This document shows, one piece after another, positions 1-2,343 of a DNA stretch of 2,343 bases (positions within the stretch are counted from its first letter, which is position 1; every line of letters starts with the position of its first letter). The DNA is taken from NCBI GenBank assembly GCA_000004695.1, contig CH709172.1, positions 1-2,343 of the forward strand. Reading direction: 5' to 3'. This DNA comes from Dictyostelium discoideum (lineage: Eukaryota). The position numbers and the translations under genes were made by a program. Under the pieces are notes generated by a model that saw only the letters and a program-made list of their open reading frames with translations, made no database searches and was not told the origin of the DNA.

Positions 1-232
1 TTATAATAATAATTTAAAAAAAATTTTTAAAAAAAAAAATAGTCTACAAAAAAAAAAGAATTAATTAAAAAGTAAAAGTATTTGAAATCAGAAATTTTTT
101 TATTTAATTGTGAAAATTCTAAGTGTATTAATGACTTTAACAAGGGTCATACAACATTTATAATTGACTAATTTGAAAAGCAGAACTTTATTTCCATTAT
201 AATTTGTACCAAAAGCATACTTTAGAAGGGGC

Positions 233-385
233 AACCTAAAATATAATTATTGTTTTTTAAATTATATTAATCTCTTTATTTTATATTATTTTTTTTTTTT
301 AAAAAAAAAATTATATTGACTTACCAGTAATTATTTAAGTGAAATATCAATTTGATTGAAAAGAAGTGATTGTTGGTATAAAGGT
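233..385. repeat. tandem repeat unit, copy 1
   Basis: Starts 'aacctaaaatataattattg'. Contains T12 (289-300) immediately followed by A10 (301-310). Core 'ttatattgacttaccagtaattatttaagtg' at 311-341. Confidence 0.6.
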
Positions 386-579
386 AACCTAAAATTTAAT
401 TATTGTTTTCAAATTAGTCTATTTTATTTTATTATTATTTTTTATTTTATTTTTTTAATTTTTTTTTTTTTAAAAAATTATATTAACTTACCAGTAATTA
501 TTTAATTGTAGTATCAATTTGTTTTAAAAGAACTGGCGGTTGGTTTTGATAGCATTGGTATTATTGATGAAGTTGAAGA
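386..579. repeat. tandem repeat unit, copy 2 (longer, with an extra 'cattggtattattgatgaagttgaagaa' segment)
   Basis: Starts 'aacctaaaatttaattattg'. T13 (459-471) followed by A6 (472-477). Core 'ttatattaacttaccagtaattatttaattg' at 478-508. Confidence 0.6.
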
Positions 580-684
580 AATCTAAAATAATATTTTTTT
601 GTTTATTTATATTAATCTTTTTATTTTTTTATTTTTTTTATTTTTTTTAATTTTTTTTTAATTTTAATTATCTTACCTTACCAG
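580..684. repeat. tandem repeat unit, copy 3 (truncated; ends at the junction with the retroelement coding sequence)
   Basis: Starts 'aatctaaaataatattttt'. Phased T7-T9 tracts at 621-661. Ends 'tcttaccttaccag' at 671-684. Weak similarity continues into about 705 ('ccagttttgatttagtggagtaa' versus 'ccagtaattatttaagtgaaata'). Confidence 0.5.
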
Positions 685-690
685 TTTTGA

Positions 691-1638
691 TTTAGTGGAG
701 TAATGGGCGATCTAACAACTTCAATGGATCACCAAGTAATGTTGCATCAGGTAGCAACAGTACCAAGTCTGTTTCCAAGTTACGACTATGTTCTTACAAC
801 CGATGCCTCGGAATCAGGTGCAGGTGCCACACTCAAGAAAGGAAACAAGGTAATCAAAACTTGGTCATTCCAATGGTCAACAACTCAATCAAATATGTAG
901 TCAAATCGTCGAGAAATGCTCGCGCTGCTGATGGCCTATCAAGCGCTATGTCGGAAACTGAACAACTGCAAGCTGAAGATTCAAACCGACAACACTACCA
1001 CTCTCTCTTACATCAATCGCCAGGGTGGTCAAATACAAGATCTCTCAGTTCTGTTCGAACAACTTTGGAAACAATGCCTCAAGAAGAAAGTGAACTTGAT
1101 TGGAGAGCATATTCCAGGATTCTTCAATGTAAAAGCCGACCACCTCAGCCGTCTTTCAGAGATGAATCACAAATCATCGTCCAGAGTAATCAAGAGTTAC
1201 AACTGGCAACTGAAGAAGGAAGTGTTCAATCGCATCCAACTTCAATTCGGTCAAATACAGATGGATCTGTTCGCATCTCACCTCAACCATCAAACGAACA
1301 ACTACTCAACAATCAGAATGAATGCACTCCACCTCGATTGGAGTCAATGGAAGCAATGTCTGGCCTTTCCACCTCCCATTCTTTTGCCTTATATCCTGGA
1401 GAAGATGAACTCATCCAGTTCGAAGAAGGTTTCTATAATACTGATCTTCCCAATCTGGAGATCAGCAACTTGGTATCCGATGATTCAAGCACAAGTTCCT
1501 CGTCGTCATCGTCACATGTTTGCTCAAGTACTGGGAACATTCCAAGAAGTATTGACCAAACAATCAGTAGAGTCGATACCAATCCAGATCCAACAACGTT
1601 GGAAACTGGGGATTATTCAACTTTCCAATCTCATGTAA
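691..1638 (+). pseudogene. pol fragment: RNase H plus DIRS-type methyltransferase-like (DLFAS/FPP) domain. N-terminally truncated (no RT) and interrupted by an in-frame TAG at 898-900. The ORF track splits it into 703..900 and 916..1638.
   Basis: Frame 1 opens after TGA 688-690. Catalytic-Asp motif TTDASESGAGATL at 796-834 (D codon 802-804). HIPGFFNVKADHLSR at 1108-1152. MDLFAS at 1261-1278. AFPPP at 1363-1377. Stop TAA at 1636-1638. Both listed ORFs are in the same frame (703 and 916 are both 1 mod 3). Confidence 0.8.
696..1637 (+). other. stop-free frame-3 (-1 relative to pol) reading frame contiguous with the YR CDS. Possible N-terminal extension of the YR ORF, dual-coding with RNase H/MT-like.
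   Basis: After TAG 693-695, frame 3 has no stop for 549 codons to the window end. The overlapping 313 codons translate to a Ser/Asn/Gln/Glu-rich, low-complexity sequence (for example SSTSSSSSSSHVCSSTGN at about 1488-1541). All 23 or so stop triplets in 696-1637 lie in frame 2. Confidence 0.4.
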
Positions 1639-2343
1639 TGTCCTTCGCTCGTACAACAAATACAAAAACAGCTGAGCTGTTAATGAAGTCTTGGGAACCT
1701 TCAACTCTCAAAGTATATAGCTCCAGTTATACAAGATTCCGCAATTTCTGTACTTTGAACTCTTTGAATCCAGCAAACATTACCTTAGTTGTTTTCATGG
1801 ATTATCTTACACATCTGTTCAAACACAAACCTCCGTTAGCCTTCTCAACAATTAACGGTCATCGCTCTATGTTGAATCAGTTGTTACTCCTTAGGAATCA
1901 AACTGATATTGTTAATGATCCATTCATTACAAGAATTATGACTGGTATTCACAAGTTGCGCCCTTCATCAGCAAATTATAAAGAGATATGGGATGCAAAT
2001 CAAGTATTAAAGCACTTATCTACTATCAAAGTCATCCCCAAGTACACATACACTGCGCTATTAAACAAGACACTTGTACTCTGTAAAATGTTTGGTTTAG
2101 CAAGATCATCAGACTTAGTGAAGTGGTCGTTCAAAGGTCTCATTATTACTCCTGACTCAATCAAAGGTCCAGTTACCAATGCTAAAGAACAAAGAAGTGG
2201 TGTTGTTTCAATCTTAAAATTAACATCGTTAGATGATACAAACTCTCAAGTATGCCCTGTTCGCCACCTTGCAACATACCTTAGAGCTTTTAAAGGAAGA
2301 AGAAAGCCCCATTCGGGTGACTCTGTCTTTATTAAGAAAAATC
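1638..2343 (+). CDS. tyrosine recombinase (DIRS/Crypton/phage-integrase type). N-terminal SAM-like domain and the start of the catalytic domain; 3'-incomplete at the window end.
   Basis: Frame 3. ATG at 1638-1640 overlaps the pol stop (ATGTAATG). Translation is MSFARTTNTKTAELLMKSWEPSTLKVYSSSYTRFRNFC...VVFMDYLTHLF...AFSTINGHRSMLNQLL...NYKEIWDANQVLKHL...LLNKTLVLCKMFGLARSSDLVKW. WD codons at 1989-1994. Conserved box-I Arg codon at 2103-2105. No stop through 2343. Confidence 0.8.
   Translation, partial: MSFARTTNTKTAELLMKSWEPSTLKVYSSSYTRFRNFCTLNSLNPANITLVVFMDYLTHLFKHKPPLAFSTINGHRSMLNQLLLLRNQTDIVNDPFITRIMTGIHKLRPSSANYKEIWDANQVLKHLSTIKVIPKYTYTALLNKTLVLCKMFGLARSSDLVKWSFKGLIITPDSIKGPVTNAKEQRSGVVSILKLTSLDDTNSQVCPVRHLATYLRAFKGRRKPHSGDSVFIKKN

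Larger units (their letters stand above)
120..700. repeat. AT-rich tandem repeat array with a 150-195 bp unit and at least 3 good copies plus a degenerate 5' copy
   Basis: Direct comparison of copies starting at about 233, 386 and 580. Each has 'aa(c/t)ctaaaat', then AT-rich text with a T-run/A-run switch, then 'ttatatt(g/a)acttaccagtaattatttaa(g/t)tg', then 'caatttg(a)tt..aaaagaa'. A weaker copy at about 120-232 retains 'aatgactttaacaag' and 'aatttgaaaagcagaac'. Confidence 0.7.
685..2343 (+). mobile_element. 5'-truncated DIRS-like (tyrosine-recombinase) retrotransposon fragment with RNase H, MT-like domain and YR; extends beyond the window at the 3' end
   Basis: RNase H motifs (TDAS..GAGATL, HIPGFFNVKADHLSR) and a DLFAS...FPPP domain in frame 1. 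A YR N-domain (Y..F..FC, AFSTINGHRSML, WD...VL..L) and box-I Arg (GLARSSDL) in frame 3. No RT and no integrase (no HHCC or DDE motifs). Sharp GC jump at about 690. Confidence 0.8.

Noticed and set aside
120-684. A minus-strand multi-exon protein-coding gene running through the repeat cores
   Set aside because: Splice-like signals are perfect. But the putative exons are repeat copies of each other. The copy-2 core has stops in all three frames, and no consistent reading frame links the exons. Kept only as a low-interest finding.
1-695. Plus-strand introns linking an upstream RT-coding exon to the RNase H exon, using 'aag|gtaacc' donors and 'ttaccag|' or 'tttag|' acceptors
   Set aside because: No frame in 1-690 contains RT-like coding sequence. 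Candidate plus-strand 'exons' (for example 328-383) have stops in all three frames. The sequence directly after the 684|685 acceptor hits stops within 2-6 codons. Retroelement pol genes are not expected to be spliced.
233-700. CRISPR array or other prokaryotic repeat-spacer structure
   Set aside because: Units are 150-195 bp and about 90% AT, with no short conserved direct repeats separated by unique spacers. The context is a eukaryotic retroelement.
898-900. Ciliate-type genetic code (TAA and TAG as Gln) as the explanation for the in-frame TAG
   Set aside because: Only one in-frame TAG or TAA occurs in about 315 codons. The pol frame terminates at a TAA that precisely overlaps the YR ATG, which looks like a genuine stop. 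The Dictyostelium-like flanking features fit a standard-code host. Not excluded, but unlikely.
696-1637. Frame-3 openness over the pol overlap being a chance event
   Set aside because: Frame 2 holds all of the roughly 23 stop triplets in that interval and frame 3 holds none, so the distribution is highly non-random. The reported architecture of DIRS-1 (YR ORF overlapping pol) provides a precedent for a real overlap.
1638-2343. Integrase (HHCC zinc finger plus DDE) expected after RNase H if this were a Ty3/gypsy or retrovirus-like element
   Set aside because: No H-x(3-7)-H...C-x2-C or DDE spacing in any frame downstream of RNase H. Instead there are clear tyrosine-recombinase motifs (Y..F..FC, STI..RS, WD...VL..L, box-I Arg). 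A DIRS-like YR element is the better call.
1638-2343. Phage or bacterial integrase, meaning a prokaryotic origin for the window
   Set aside because: The YR is physically fused, via overlapping ORFs, to a retroelement RNase H/MT-like polyprotein. It is embedded in eukaryote-style AT-rich DNA with GTAAGT/TTTTAG motifs.

Overview
The window has two parts with very different base composition.

Positions 1 to about 690 are extremely AT-rich, roughly 10% GC by eye, with long T and A runs. They are organised as a degenerating tandem array of 150-195 bp units. Each unit has a homopolymer-rich stretch with a T(n)-to-A(n) switch, followed by a more complex conserved core 'ttatattgACTTACCAGtaattatttaaGTG...caatttg..aaaagaa...AACCTAAAAT'.

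From about 691 to the end of the window the sequence is clearly protein-coding and less AT-rich, roughly 35-45% GC by eye. It carries the hallmarks of a DIRS-like retrotransposon, the class that uses a tyrosine recombinase (YR) instead of an integrase.

- In frame 1 (691-1638) there is an RNase H domain, followed by the 'DLFAS...FPP..L...W' domain that follows RNase H in the DIRS group. I believe this is the methyltransferase-like domain.
- Frame 1 ends at TAA 1636-1638. That stop overlaps an ATG at 1638-1640 in frame 3 (ATGTAATG).
- Frame 3 then encodes a recognisable YR N-terminal domain and the box-I arginine (GLARSSDL) before the window ends.
- No reverse transcriptase is present upstream. 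The element is 5'-truncated exactly at the boundary with the AT-rich repeat.

Two details stand out.

- Frame 1 contains a single in-frame TAG (898-900) inside the RNase H domain.
- Frame 3 is completely free of stop codons from 696 to 2343, about 549 codons. It overlaps the RNase H/MT-like ORF for about 940 nt. Every TAA, TAG and TGA in that interval falls in frame 2. This looks like a genuinely dual-coding region: the YR ORF with a long N-terminal extension in the -1 frame of pol.

The combination of an AT/homopolymer-rich flank, GTAAGT/TTTTAG-type motifs in that flank, and a DIRS-type element suggests a dictyostelid-like AT-rich eukaryotic host. That is inference only. I cannot confirm the family assignment or host without a database search.
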